DNA of 64,000 nt, taken from assembly GCA_000002435.2 (NCBI GenBank), contig CM018793.1. One strand, written 5' to 3'. The DNA comes from Giardia intestinalis (lineage: Eukaryota). Below, one piece after another: positions 27,679 through 38,800 of the stretch. The position numbers were made by a program, and so were the translations under genes. The notes under the pieces are model-generated. The model did no database searches and was not told the origin of the DNA. It saw only the letters and a list, made by a program, of their open reading frames with translations. Position 1 is the first letter of the stretch. Each line of letters starts with the position of its first letter.

Positions 27679-30600
27679 CTACTCTGCCAAAAAAGCTAAC
27701 ATATAGGCCTCGTCTTCCCTATTTCTTGCTTGTTTCTCCGCTGATCGGAAGGTCATTTTGGCAAGTATGCGTAGCGCAGATTGGAAGCGGAATCCGTGAT
27801 TGGGTAGCTTGCATGTGTGCAGAAAGAATCGAAACAAGGATACAAAGAATAGGAACAGATTGCTCTCTTCCCACTGTAACGTTGTGTAGAAAATGCCCGT
27901 TGCTTGCTTGCGAAGAGAGTCTAAGTCTGTGGGCATACCTGCAGCTATAACAGAGTCTATTATGTAGTAACTATATTCAGGGAATATCCCGTTTGGCAGG
28001 CCAAATGCACAGTCCACTAACAGCTCTGCGACAGAGGCAGGATGTATGTACAGAGGGATGCGAGCCCAGTCACCCTTTGTGAGATGAATGTATAACTTAT
28101 TACTATCTTCAGCTGGCCCCAAAGAGACGAACAGGCTCCTTGTGCAATAGTATCTAAAGGACTGAAGCTCAGTTTTCAGTTTCTCTAGTAGTGGGTCTAA
28201 TACGCTTACCTCGCCTGACTGTGACATGTGTGCCCTTAAGCTCTCGATGCCAGTGATACAGAGGTGATAGAATAATAAGTAAAGCTTTTCTTTTTCTCTT
28301 TCATTGTCTATTGCAGAAAACTTCCGTGCTTGTGGTACAGGATCTGCTAAGCGATGTTGCTCAAGAAAAGAGCTAAGGGATTGGGTGGTAGGCCCAGTGT
28401 GTATGTGCGGGAAAACTGTCGCTATAAATCGAAGTGGAGTAGACGGGAGCTCCATATTGGTATCTTTGGCTTTCAAGGTGTCATACAGACCCAGCAAAAT
28501 GTCGTCTAACTGCTTAGTTTTAAAGGTGCAGTTCGAGGCCTGGAACGCTTGCACGGCACTGACATCCTGATTAGATGGAGATCCACTGGATAAAAATTCC
28601 TCAAAGTAATTAGCGATATTGATAAAATAACCAGGTACTAGAGCACTGCTTTTTTTAACGAGATCATGTAGAGGCTTAGAGAAAAGCGATTCTTTCAGTC
28701 CAAGGTATTCGATTTTGCAATTAATGGTTTCTGTAGCAATGACGTTGTTCCGTGATAATGTAGTTGCCCTTCCAGAGACAAAGCAGAGGCTAATCGTGAA
28801 CGATTGGAGGGATATCTTCTCGTCGATTATTTGCCTGAGAATAAAAGCTCGCTGACTTTCAAAGCTCTCGAGAGACAAGGTATCAGGTTTTTCAACGGTC
28901 TGCATCAAGTGGCGGATGTACGACGCCTGGACATTCGGTGGAGTATCCAAAAAGTAACGGAATCGGTGTAGCAACACAATCTCCCCTTGAGTCATGGCCT
29001 TGAGGGTAAAGCATGCCGGCCTCATATATATCCACGGTGGGGTAGTGATGGGGTCTAGCACAATATTCAATGAGGAAATGGGATGGTCATTTCGCAAAGG
29101 AAGAGGATGGGCTGTTTCCATTCCATATGAAACTCTTCCAAAGTCTAGTGTAGACTCAAGCAACGTGTAGCGTGGCTGCAGCTCCGTAGTAAAGATGGGG
29201 AGTCTACCAAGGATCTTAGCTTGTTCTGCCTTGAGTTTAGCGTCATCTAGAACTCGAACATTGATCGTGCTGAGGAGACAGACCGGATGATGATCACTGA
29301 ACTCAACTGCAGAAACAGACATGTACCCAATCGGATTGATGAGAGTGTCCTGAGAGAGCCCTCGGAATAAGATTCTGTCACAATATGCAGGAACCCTAGG
29401 TTTGCTTGCCTCAGGGTCAACTTCATAGTTTGGAATAGCGGTAGTATTACTGTTAGAAGGATGGCTTAACTGAGAACTTAGTGATGGAGCAGAGGAAACA
29501 GTGTCTACACATGCCTGGGGGTCCGGGGTAGTTCTTTCAGTAGCAGGCTCCGTAGAAACTACATTGAGGACATCAAAAAGATTGAGGGAACCACCAGGAA
29601 TGAGTTGCATGGGCTGACACGGAGCAGCTGGCGGCTGCTCCTGTTTTGGACCTTGCTTAGACTGAGCCAACTTCTTGGGCTTGCTTTTCCCCTTTCCTTT
29701 TTCCCCTATAAGTATTTTGTATGTAGGATTAAAGGAGATATCCATTTCTTTGAACCCATAAAGGTAGTTACATGGATCAAATGGATAGCTAAGATATTCT
29801 TCATAATAATTTGTATTTCCGGCCAGTGTTGGAGGGGTTACCTCAACATCATCGTCATCTGATTCTATGTCGGCGCCACTTACGGCCAAAGCGGCAACAG
29901 CAGCCGTTGCAGCGACATTCTGAACAAAAAACGTTGCGTCATCCTCTGCATCGACGTCGTCACCTACCCTCATGTTTTCATTAGCATACGTTGGAGTGTA
30001 CGAGCTACTGCTAAGCGCCCGTAACTGCATTGAGAGCTGATCAATTCGCAAAAATGTCCGTCGACCAACTTCACTGTCGGCCAAGAAGTGCTCTAGGATA
30101 AGGTGTGGCTTTGTTGAGAAGGTGTGCAAGCGATAGTTCAAGTCTCCTAAGAGGAATATCACGTCATGGCCCCTTAGAAGAGACGGAAACTTGGGGGTAA
30201 GGTTAGAATCGAAGTTACAATTGGCGAGACAATTAGTAAAGTTATAGTTTGGATTGACAATGGGATGATTTAGTTCATCCTCAATAATGTAGTCATCCAA
30301 GATTTCTACTCCGGGCTTGCTGTCTCGATGGTACAGTTCGAAAATAGTAGGCCCCCTCGGATCCTTGGGGGAGGTCGACATGCTAAGACGTGAAAGCACT
30401 TCGTAAATATCTCTGTTTCGTTTCTTAGGTCCATCAGGGGTTCTATTGGCTGACAGGTGAAGATTGCAGAAAAGAATTCTAGTGTCATAGAGCCTTATAG
30501 TTGCGGCAAGCCCACCTTTATTTCCACCTCGGTTCCACAAGCCCACACCGCATGCCTTAAATCCTTCCACGACGGCGCTTGCCGGTGGGCAGGTGATGCT

Positions 30601-31002
30601 TTTGTGCAGACCAATGACAAGTAAGAGGCCCATCATTTGTTTGTAGGACAATACATACTGGTCTCCAAGTACTGAAGCCACAGCATCAACCCAGGGCTGT
30701 GCACGACTGGTCTCGCCGACCATAAGGGCCTTTGCGGACATGTCGACTTCCTGAAAACCGATTGCATACACAAGAGGGCACGATGGCGCTGGAGCATCAG
30801 GAACTTGGTGCCTTGAAAAGTAGTGAAGCCATGGGCGCAGAAAAGACGAGTCCCCCGGAAACTTCCTGTTACCAACGTTAAAAGTCCCCGCAAATACCGG
30901 AAGTGGAAGATAGCTACTGAACTTTCCGAGCGAGAGCAGTAGCTGGCGGTTCACATAGGACGTCGGATCATAGAAGTGAGAGATATCAAACGACTCTCGC
31001 AT
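27679..31002 (-). CDS. Inositol polyphosphate 5-phosphatase (endonuclease/exonuclease/phosphatase fold), 1107 aa, with a long C-terminal extension (ASH-like and inactive RhoGAP-like regions, an OCRL/INPP5B-like layout).
   Basis: The ATG start is plus 'cat' 31000-31002. 5-phosphatase motifs appear in order: 'AIGFQEV', 'GNKGG', 'FCNLHLSA', 'DVIFLLGDLNYRL', 'PAYCDRILFRG'. About 550 aa follow the catalytic domain. Confidence 0.85.
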   Translation of the reverse strand: MRESFDISHFYDPTSYVNRQLLLSLGKFSSYLPLPVFAGTFNVGNRKFPGDSSFLRPWLHYFSRHQVPDAPAPSCPLVYAIGFQEVDMSAKALMVGETSRAQPWVDAVASVLGDQYVLSYKQMMGLLLVIGLHKSITCPPASAVVEGFKACGVGLWNRGGNKGGLAATIRLYDTRILFCNLHLSANRTPDGPKKRNRDIYEVLSRLSMSTSPKDPRGPTIFELYHRDSKPGVEILDDYIIEDELNHPIVNPNYNFTNCLANCNFDSNLTPKFPSLLRGHDVIFLLGDLNYRLHTFSTKPHLILEHFLADSEVGRRTFLRIDQLSMQLRALSSSSYTPTYANENMRVGDDVDAEDDATFFVQNVAATAAVAALAVSGADIESDDDDVEVTPPTLAGNTNYYEEYLSYPFDPCNYLYGFKEMDISFNPTYKILIGEKGKGKSKPKKLAQSKQGPKQEQPPAAPCQPMQLIPGGSLNLFDVLNVVSTEPATERTTPDPQACVDTVSSAPSLSSQLSHPSNSNTTAIPNYEVDPEASKPRVPAYCDRILFRGLSQDTLINPIGYMSVSAVEFSDHHPVCLLSTINVRVLDDAKLKAEQAKILGRLPIFTTELQPRYTLLESTLDFGRVSYGMETAHPLPLRNDHPISSLNIVLDPITTPPWIYMRPACFTLKAMTQGEIVLLHRFRYFLDTPPNVQASYIRHLMQTVEKPDTLSLESFESQRAFILRQIIDEKISLQSFTISLCFVSGRATTLSRNNVIATETINCKIEYLGLKESLFSKPLHDLVKKSSALVPGYFINIANYFEEFLSSGSPSNQDVSAVQAFQASNCTFKTKQLDDILLGLYDTLKAKDTNMELPSTPLRFIATVFPHIHTGPTTQSLSSFLEQHRLADPVPQARKFSAIDNEREKEKLYLLFYHLCITGIESLRAHMSQSGEVSVLDPLLEKLKTELQSFRYYCTRSLFVSLGPAEDSNKLYIHLTKGDWARIPLYIHPASVAELLVDCAFGLPNGIFPEYSYYIIDSVIAAGMPTDLDSLRKQATGIFYTTLQWEESNLFLFFVSLFRFFLHTCKLPNHGFRFQSALRILAKMTFRSAEKQARNREDEAYMLAFLAE

Positions 31003-31033
31003 CCCTTAATCTTTTATCTTGTTAAGCTCAAAA
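31003..31033. promoter_or_regulatory. A 31-nt A/T-rich bidirectional initiator region between the divergent 5-phosphatase and SR-alpha start codons.
   Basis: 'cccttaatcttttatcttgttaagctcaaaa' is flanked by ATGs on opposite strands. Confidence 0.45.
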
Positions 31034-32749
31034 ATGTTTGATCAATTGGCATTTGTCCACACTTCTGGGCTTGTTATTTGGCAGTCCACCAAGCAGCCAG
31101 ACACCTACCCGATTGATCACCTTATAACGCTGGTCTACGTTGAGAAGCGTGCTATTCCGTCTCCATATGTACTGGAGGGCTATGCCCTTCACTATCTCTA
31201 CATCAAGGAGCTCTCTATGTTTGCAATTGCAATTATTAAGCAAGGGCTAACTGTGTCTGGAGCAGAGGATATACTGCTTGCAATGACACACCTTTTCATC
31301 AAGGAGTATGAGGCCAGCATTCGTGTGCTTCCAGTAGAGTATGCAAAGGAGACGTATCAATCATTTGATGCCCAGTACGACGGAAATCTTAAGTCGCTTA
31401 TTTCAACTGGGAAAACTCTCCATGAACGGGGCTTGTCAGTACAACAGACTAACCAAGAATCTACAGCTAAAGACACCGCTCAATTGGATCCAGATAGTAT
31501 CGGAGACAAAGTGGTTGACTTATCTGCTGATGCTGCTTCTATTAATCTAGAAGACGTTAAAGCTAAGATTAAGCAAATGGCTTTTGAACGCCAGGAGAGT
31601 CTACGTGCCTCAAAGAGGCTGTCTGGCCTACCTGATAAGAAGAGTAATGAAACCACTCCTCAGGCTAAGAGGAACGATCGGCAAGTCGATGAATTCTTGC
31701 AGTACTCTAAAGTCGAAACTACAAAGTCTTCAGCCGCGAACATCATAGCAGAACCAGAGGTCTCGCAAGCTAGTAAGCCCTCTTCCATTTCTGATGCAAA
31801 GCACATCACGTTCACGCCTTCCAGAGAAGCCGTATTTGGATTGTTCAATAACAAAAAAGAACTGACAAGCAATGACGTCGAGAAGCTTCTTTCTTCATTG
31901 AGGCAAGCGCTTATTAATCAGAATGTTGCATCAGATGTTGCTGATGAGCTACTTAAGGGAGTGTCAGCCAGCCTAGAAGGAGAAAAGGTCGGGCTCTTTT
32001 CTAGAACCAAGTCCGTGGTCATCCAGGCACTCAAAGACAGCATTAGAAAGATAGTTCAGTTCGAGGACCGGTTTCTTATGAAAAGAATTTTAGCTTCGAA
32101 GGAGGAACGTGCAGCCGGACAACGGTCAAGGCCCTATGTAATATGCATGACTGGCGTGAACGGAGTTGGGAAAACGACATCGATAGCCAAGCTATTATAT
32201 ATTTTCAAGAACAACGGGCTTCGCTCGTTGGTCTGTGCTTGTGATAGCTTTCGTTCCGGAGCTGTCGAGCAGCTTCAGGAGCACTGTAATAGATTGGGAG
32301 CCACCCTCTATTCTCAAGGTTACGGTAAAAACGCAAGCGCTATAGCTAAGTATGGGATAAAGGAGGCGGAGTCTTTAAACTATGACATATGCTTAATAGA
32401 CACTACAGGAAGGCAGTACAACAACGGCCCACTAATGCAGGCTCTTGGCGCCCTGGTTCTAGAGAACGCACCAGATGTGGTACTCTTCGTTGGGGAGGCA
32501 CTCACCGGTAACGAGGGAGTAGAGCAACTAAAGCAATTTGATTGTGCACTTAAAAGCTACACAAATAGCCGTGGCATAGATGGAATCATTCTAACTAAGT
32601 TTGATACATGTGGAGACAAGGTTGGCGCGGCACTCAATCTCTGTTTCGTTTGCGATCTCCCTATACTCTATGTTGGTACAGGCCAGAGCTACCCAGACTT
32701 TGGCGTGCTGGATCCTTCACACATAGCAGACTTAATTGTGGGCAAGTAA
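31034..32749 (+). CDS. Signal recognition particle receptor alpha subunit (SR-alpha; SRX domain + NG GTPase domain), ~571 aa.
   Basis: The ORF track start is TTG, so I re-anchored on ATG 31034. The N-terminus 'MFDQLAFVHTSGLVIWQ' matches SR-alpha 'MLDFFTIFSKGGLVLW'. The NG domain has 'RPYVICMTGVNGVGKTTSIAKL', 'CDSFRSGAVEQLQEH', 'DTTGRQ', 'LTKFDT..DKVGAAL' and 'VGTGQSY'. AGTAAAC overlaps the stop. Confidence 0.9.
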   Translation: MFDQLAFVHTSGLVIWQSTKQPDTYPIDHLITLVYVEKRAIPSPYVLEGYALHYLYIKELSMFAIAIIKQGLTVSGAEDILLAMTHLFIKEYEASIRVLPVEYAKETYQSFDAQYDGNLKSLISTGKTLHERGLSVQQTNQESTAKDTAQLDPDSIGDKVVDLSADAASINLEDVKAKIKQMAFERQESLRASKRLSGLPDKKSNETTPQAKRNDRQVDEFLQYSKVETTKSSAANIIAEPEVSQASKPSSISDAKHITFTPSREAVFGLFNNKKELTSNDVEKLLSSLRQALINQNVASDVADELLKGVSASLEGEKVGLFSRTKSVVIQALKDSIRKIVQFEDRFLMKRILASKEERAAGQRSRPYVICMTGVNGVGKTTSIAKLLYIFKNNGLRSLVCACDSFRSGAVEQLQEHCNRLGATLYSQGYGKNASAIAKYGIKEAESLNYDICLIDTTGRQYNNGPLMQALGALVLENAPDVVLFVGEALTGNEGVEQLKQFDCALKSYTNSRGIDGIILTKFDTCGDKVGAALNLCFVCDLPILYVGTGQSYPDFGVLDPSHIADLIVGK

Positions 32750-32751
32750 AC
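32745..32751 (+). terminator. Putative polyadenylation signal AGTAAAC overlapping the TAA stop (32747-32749) of SR-alpha.
   Basis: 'ggcaAGTAAACact'. Confidence 0.5.
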
Positions 32752-32822
32752 ACTATCTTGTTTTATCCAAGGCGTTGTCGGGGCAGATAAAATATTCGTG
32801 TCACCACACGCGATTTTACTCC

Positions 32823-35800
32823 ATGCAGGTTTCCATTATAAGCCCTAAGGGGGCTATTTGCACTTTTTGCACGCGCCCTGACGTTGCCATTGTAGCCCTA
32901 GAGTTCGAATCTCGCTGCCGCTTAGGGTTGGAGGACACCCCTATTCTATTGCAGTACACGAGCAAATCCGCAACATTTACAAATGAACTGAGCACACTAG
33001 GTGAATGCTTAGCTAACCTAAACGTAGTTTCGGTCGATTCTCTCCAGTTCCACGTTCTTCCTTTGGATTTAGCATCAACCCCCAATCACTACACATCTGA
33101 ACCTGAGACCGTCTTTGACCTGCTAGAAAGCTGGCAATATCACAAATTGGACACTATTTTGCTTTCATTTACCATATTGCACTACCAATCACTTGTAGCA
33201 GAGGCTCTTGTCAGCAAAAAGAACAAGCTAATGATTACGGCACACACGCAGCCCGATATATCACCATCTCACCCATTTCTGACCAGTCCCTTAGCAAGGG
33301 ATCTAGCTACGAAAGTAACCTCTGCAATCCTTCGTGCAATCCCAACCCATAATCAAAATAAATCCGTTGACTTAGGGATCTTTCAGCAGGAGATTGCTGA
33401 CTGGATTGCCATGGACTTGCGAGCGCAGCTATCCTTTAGTGTGATTGAGCAACATGTATTGAATGCCAGCTCTTGCTCTTCTGCTCACAGTCTTCCTCCC
33501 AGACAAGAGCGATTGTTACCAGGAAAGGAAGGATCACTACCCGATTCCCAAGTATCTTCTCTCCACAAGCTTGGACCTTGTGGGGTTAAGAATAATTCAG
33601 GCATAGACCATACTCACATGAATCCATCCCATAACACTATCCTCATAGAAAACCTGCAAAGAAGAATAGACGAGAGCGGGGCGTGCGCTCATCTGGACTG
33701 GGAAGTCGTGACGGCAAGTCTAGACGGGGTTGAAAACCCATTAGGAGTATCACCTGCATCGCCTCTTGTCCCGCTAAACCCCATCAGTTATCCACACTTT
33801 ACTCTGGTTTTCAGCTTCCCGGAAGATACAACCGACCGTAGGCCTGCCATCTCTCGGAGCTGGTGTATCAGTGACGAACACCGAGCTTCTCTAGACAAAA
33901 CCACTGCTATTACTGTTGATGCCCAGCAATCTCTGTCCAGCAACTTAGAGAATACCATCACCATCTCGCCTCTTTTAACATGTGACGAAGCATGCTGCAT
34001 TGTGTATGAATACGCCTCTAGCCAGTATGGATCTCAAAGGTTGGACCTTGCACTCAGAGTAACACGACCGTACGATCTTGTAATAAAGCAAAGAGGAACC
34101 TCTGCATATCTAGTTGGGATGGATTACTTAATCAACTATGATAGCGTTAGAGTTTGTCTAAAGAAAGCAGAACCTCTCTATGTTACTTTAGCCAACCGAA
34201 AAGAATTTGAAAAAGCCATGTCCGACACCCTGCTTGGCCATACATTTGAAAATATTATTTTCAACTTCAATTTTAAGCTGTTTCTGCAGGATTGCAATCC
34301 CACTAAGAGTACTTTGATTCATGCCGGAACCAGCTCTGCTTCTGAACCATCCGTTGGGACACCACCACTTTTTGATGACCAAATACTGGGAACTTTCGGT
34401 TCCATTGTGCATAAGAAGGATGTTATGAACCTTGAGTTTCAGCCCTTACTTAGGTCTCCTGCCAAGTCAATCGCAAGTCGAGAGACCTGCAACAGCCCTG
34501 CCTCTAGTATAGATCTTATGCGCTCTTCAAATTGTACTAAGCAAGCAGATGATGCAGAAGCGGAGAGGTTAGAGTCTACTCCATTTGAATCGTTGACTCC
34601 AGTCATTCCGAAAATACATGCTGAATCAGCGGCTAAAGGCATTGGCCGAGCCAATAGTTTCTTAAAATCACCTACTCTTGCGCCACTCAGAACGAATAGC
34701 GAAGAGAATGCAAGCATCTGTGCTGAATCTTATTCGTGGGACCCAAAGTTGCAACCTCTACCTTTGCCACCAGGCAATCGGTTCTATGATGATTACGTTG
34801 AGTACTACTCATTCTTGTCGTCGTCTACCTTCGATTTGTTGATCCAAAAGCGCTGTGCTGAGTATGCCAAAGATCCACTATCCTTTTATACACGATACTG
34901 TGGATCTGTAAAGGGAGTCGTTCGCAGGTGCCCCCTAAGATTTGCACCCTTGACTCAATTAATGAAGCGAAAGATTGTGCCAGACAAGCAATCCATGAAT
35001 CAGTCACACTTTTTACCAAGCAAAAAGCATTCAACTGCCACTGTTCGTTCCCCTGAAGAGTTGACAATAGTGGATATACGTACTCTTGACGAGGAATTAT
35101 CGGTGCGACTACTTGACGTGTCGCTTCCTCTAAGTAGCTTTCCAAAAGAGAACATTTCTAAATTTAAATCCACCAAATGGGGAACCCGTCCGTACAATGT
35201 CATCGATTATGCAATGCATATTGATCCACGCTACACAGCTAGAGTAGAAGCAGACTGGCTCGCTGAGTTACTACGTATTCTGTGTTTTTCAGATCAAAAG
35301 CTTTCTACCACAGACTCCAGCGGACCAATGAATAGACTGTCAACTCCTGTGCACAGAGCTGAAAGAAGGGGATCAGATGCTCAATTCAATGGAATGATAC
35401 AGAATTTAAAATATATTTTGGCTGACATAGATCAACTTCTTGCTGATCTGGGGGCATCGCCAATATTCGAAGAAGCATTCTATTCAGTAGAACAGAGCAT
35501 ACTTTCTCACGATAATTCCTTGACCAAATCATTAGACTGCAAGAGCTCTGAAGAGTTCCAGCGTGGTCCTCAAAAGTTACCCGAGGATACTACTCCGCTC
35601 AAAGAGCGGGTCTCCCTAGATTTACACTTGGCAGATCTTACTGTCCCACCTCCGCCGATCACTGACACAGCTGACGAGATTTCTTTCAAGCGGCAATGCA
35701 AAAGGACAAGCGTGAAGGATACTTCTCAAGTGGACCCAGCAGAGTCCCTCCTTGTTTCTTCTAAAGCCTCACAGGACATTCTTAAGATCAATACAACATA

Positions 35801-38800
35801 CGTATTCACTACAGTGGCCCAAATCCACGTCGGAACAGAACCAATTTCAGATAAAGCTTTTGCTGGCTATGCGGCCCTTGAATTCAGTGAAGTTAAGAAA
35901 GCAGAGGTTGTTTGCAAGCTACACTATGACACAACTCTTAGTTTTAAGAACTTCCTCACCAAGTTCCTCCCTTTTGGTGCCCAAATAGTATTCACAGTAT
36001 ATGCCGTGAACAAGAAATCTCTCGGTCGTTTGATACAGGCCGCGAATGTCACTAATCAGCTTTTCTCGCAGTCATATATCAAACTTCTCAATGAAAAGCA
36101 ATCCTCTATTCTGCAATCATCCAACCAAAGTGTGTCTACGATGTTCATAGAAACATATGATGGGCTCCTAGCCGATAGTTCAACTCTGATACTAGGTAGT
36201 GTGAGCGTACCATTCTTTGATTCTTCTGGGGCTCTTTCACGGCGAGTGTATGAGGTGCCACTGTGGCCAGGAACAGACGCTAGCGATGTCCTTAGCATGC
36301 TTCTATTTCGCCCATACACACGGGGAGCTATGCGCATAAGCTTTGAGTTTCCGATAAAGTCGACCGAAAAAGTGATCAAGTCCTTAAAATTCTCGCCAAT
36401 GGTTATTAGCACGGATCCATATAAGCCACCTACAGAGGAAACCCTTGTGATGGCCTCCTCGAACGTTAGTATTCCATCTGGACAGAATTCTAGGTCATCA
36501 TCTAAGACTCGTTCAGCGTCAAACAAGCGTTCAACCAGTAGATCTTACTCAACGCGCGGAAGAGGTGCATCTAGGCGGCGAAATGCATGTAACACTATTG
36601 TTGATAAAGATGCCCCTGTCATTTTTAGCGAATTCAACCCCCTGTCATTAATTGGGGCCACCGCACATATGGAAGCAGAAGAGGTTAACAAGCCGTTTAA
36701 CACTTTTATCTCTTCACGGCCAAAGTCAAGTAAAAGTCGCACAAGACAAAGCATTTTCAAAGACAAGAAAGACGACAGGCGTGCCAAGCAGTCACCCTTT
36801 AGTAGGCGTACGCAGTCCAAGGTAAGAGTCAGTAACCGTAGTTCCTTTTCGTCACAGAAAGACGGAGATGATAGGTCTTCGTTTTCAGGGATCGCCTTAT
36901 CCTCATCATATACTAAGCACAATCCTGCCTCTCTACACAGAGACTCTGCATATGACGCTACCTACGACGTCCCCGAAGACGACGGTATCTCCAAGAACTA
37001 TGGCACTCGGCGTAGCAGTGCCTTCAGCTGTACCCAAGCTGTGTTCCAACGTAAACTTACTACAACGATTGAGTACAGCACAGACAACGAATTGTCAGAT
37101 ACATCCATGCTTCCCCCAACGCTAAAAGCTGTTGCCAGAAGGGTTTCCTCTAATAGCGATGACAATGCGTACAATGACAACCCAGAGGACCAGCACAATG
37201 AAATAGACGTAAGCCAAAAGCGAAATTACTACCTAAAGCTTCTCTGCATCCTGAAGTCGTATATCGAAACCAACAACCAAGATACCCACTGGGGAGATTA
37301 TACTTTTTCCGTCTGTACAAAGTTAGAGGCACTCTCTCCTTTTCTAACATACCCTTTGACATATCTGACAAAACTAGAATACCAGCATCTGTGGGAATAC
37401 AAAGACCTAGCCCTTTGCGATCCTGTTCTGCTATTTAGACTAAGCCAATCTATAAACTATAAAAATAAAGATTCTGTTCAAAGTTTCTATAACATTCTGT
37501 CCGCAAAGAAAATAGAAGACGTCACACTGGATACTGTCATGAACCTCTTGGCTAGCGCTCAAACAGATCCAATCATAAGAGGTTTTGCTGTTTCTGTTCT
37601 AAACACCTATTCTTCTTATGATCTCGAGCCTCACATCATGCAACTAGTCGAGCTATGCAAGTATGACATGGTCAATGCGGGCTTAGCATCTTTCCTCATA
37701 AGAATGGCCATTAAGGAGTTCCCAACATTCGGCTACCCTCTCTACTGGGCTTTTCGCTGTGAGATGCGGCTAAATCTTGTTTTTAGCAGTGCATACTCTC
37801 TATTCATGCTTAAAATCTTACTACATCTGCCAGAAAATCAACGAAGAAGCATTATTCTTACTGAATTACTACTTATTATATTACTTAAACTGGCCAAGTT
37901 CTCCTATCGGAAGAAGAAGGAATCCATCGATGCTAGTAAGGGCACACAACTTCGTGACGTGCCCAGCTTTATAGGACGCATAAACAACTTACTCACAAGA
38001 CTAAAGAACATATTAAAAGTGGATTGCTTTAAGCTGCCTCTATCTTACGACATAAAGTTGGCAACCTTCTGTGTGGTTGAGTGTGCTGTTCTTTCTAGCA
38101 AGAAGGCACCGCTACTCCTTTCCCTGAAAACAGCTGACGGCGCTTTCAACTACAAGTGTCTTTTTAAGACTCACGATGACCTGCGGCAGGACAGCCTTGT
38201 GCTCCGCACATTTTCATATATCCAAAACGTATGGTACAACAATAATATTAATCTGGCAATGAAGGTATATAGCTGCGTTGCAACAGGGCCATTCGAGGGT
38301 TTGATAGAGCTTGTTCCCGACTCTGAAACTCTGGGGTCCATAGAGCATACGTTTGGGGGTGCTAGGGGAGCATTTGCGAGGGGCCCTATCATGAAGTGGC
38401 TAGTGGATTCAATAAACCTCCACGACGAGGAATTTTTACGTGTACAGAAGAATGCACAACATAATAATAGTTTGACACAGGAGATGAGGTACAGCCTGCT
38501 ATTAGAGCCAGAGGATGACAATCGGGCGAGTGAGACTAGTGAGCTGACCATCTCTGATGTGGAGCAATCTGTCCTGAATAAGGGATACGACGACACCAAT
38601 CAGGGCCTATTCAATACCACAGCCAGCGTGCCTACGACTCTTAACACTAGAAGTCTCTACTCCAAATCTTCACGAGATAGCATATTTCAATCCGTCTCTC
38701 AGCTCTCCCTCATACAGAAGCATACAGCAACAAGGTACACCCAGATGATATCCAACTACCTTACGTCAATAGCAGCATACTGTGTGGCAACTTGCATTCT

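Noticed and set aside
32842-32928. A tRNA-like signature inside the 5' end of the PI3K ORF: 'agTTCGAATCtc' (T-loop-like) flanked by the complementary 7-mers 'gccctaa' and 'cttaggg'.
   Set aside because: It cannot be folded into a canonical cloverleaf. There is no U8, no D-arm, and the T-stem is not adjacent to the acceptor strand. The region also lies in a long uninterrupted reading frame continuous with the kinase, so it is most likely a coincidence inside coding sequence.
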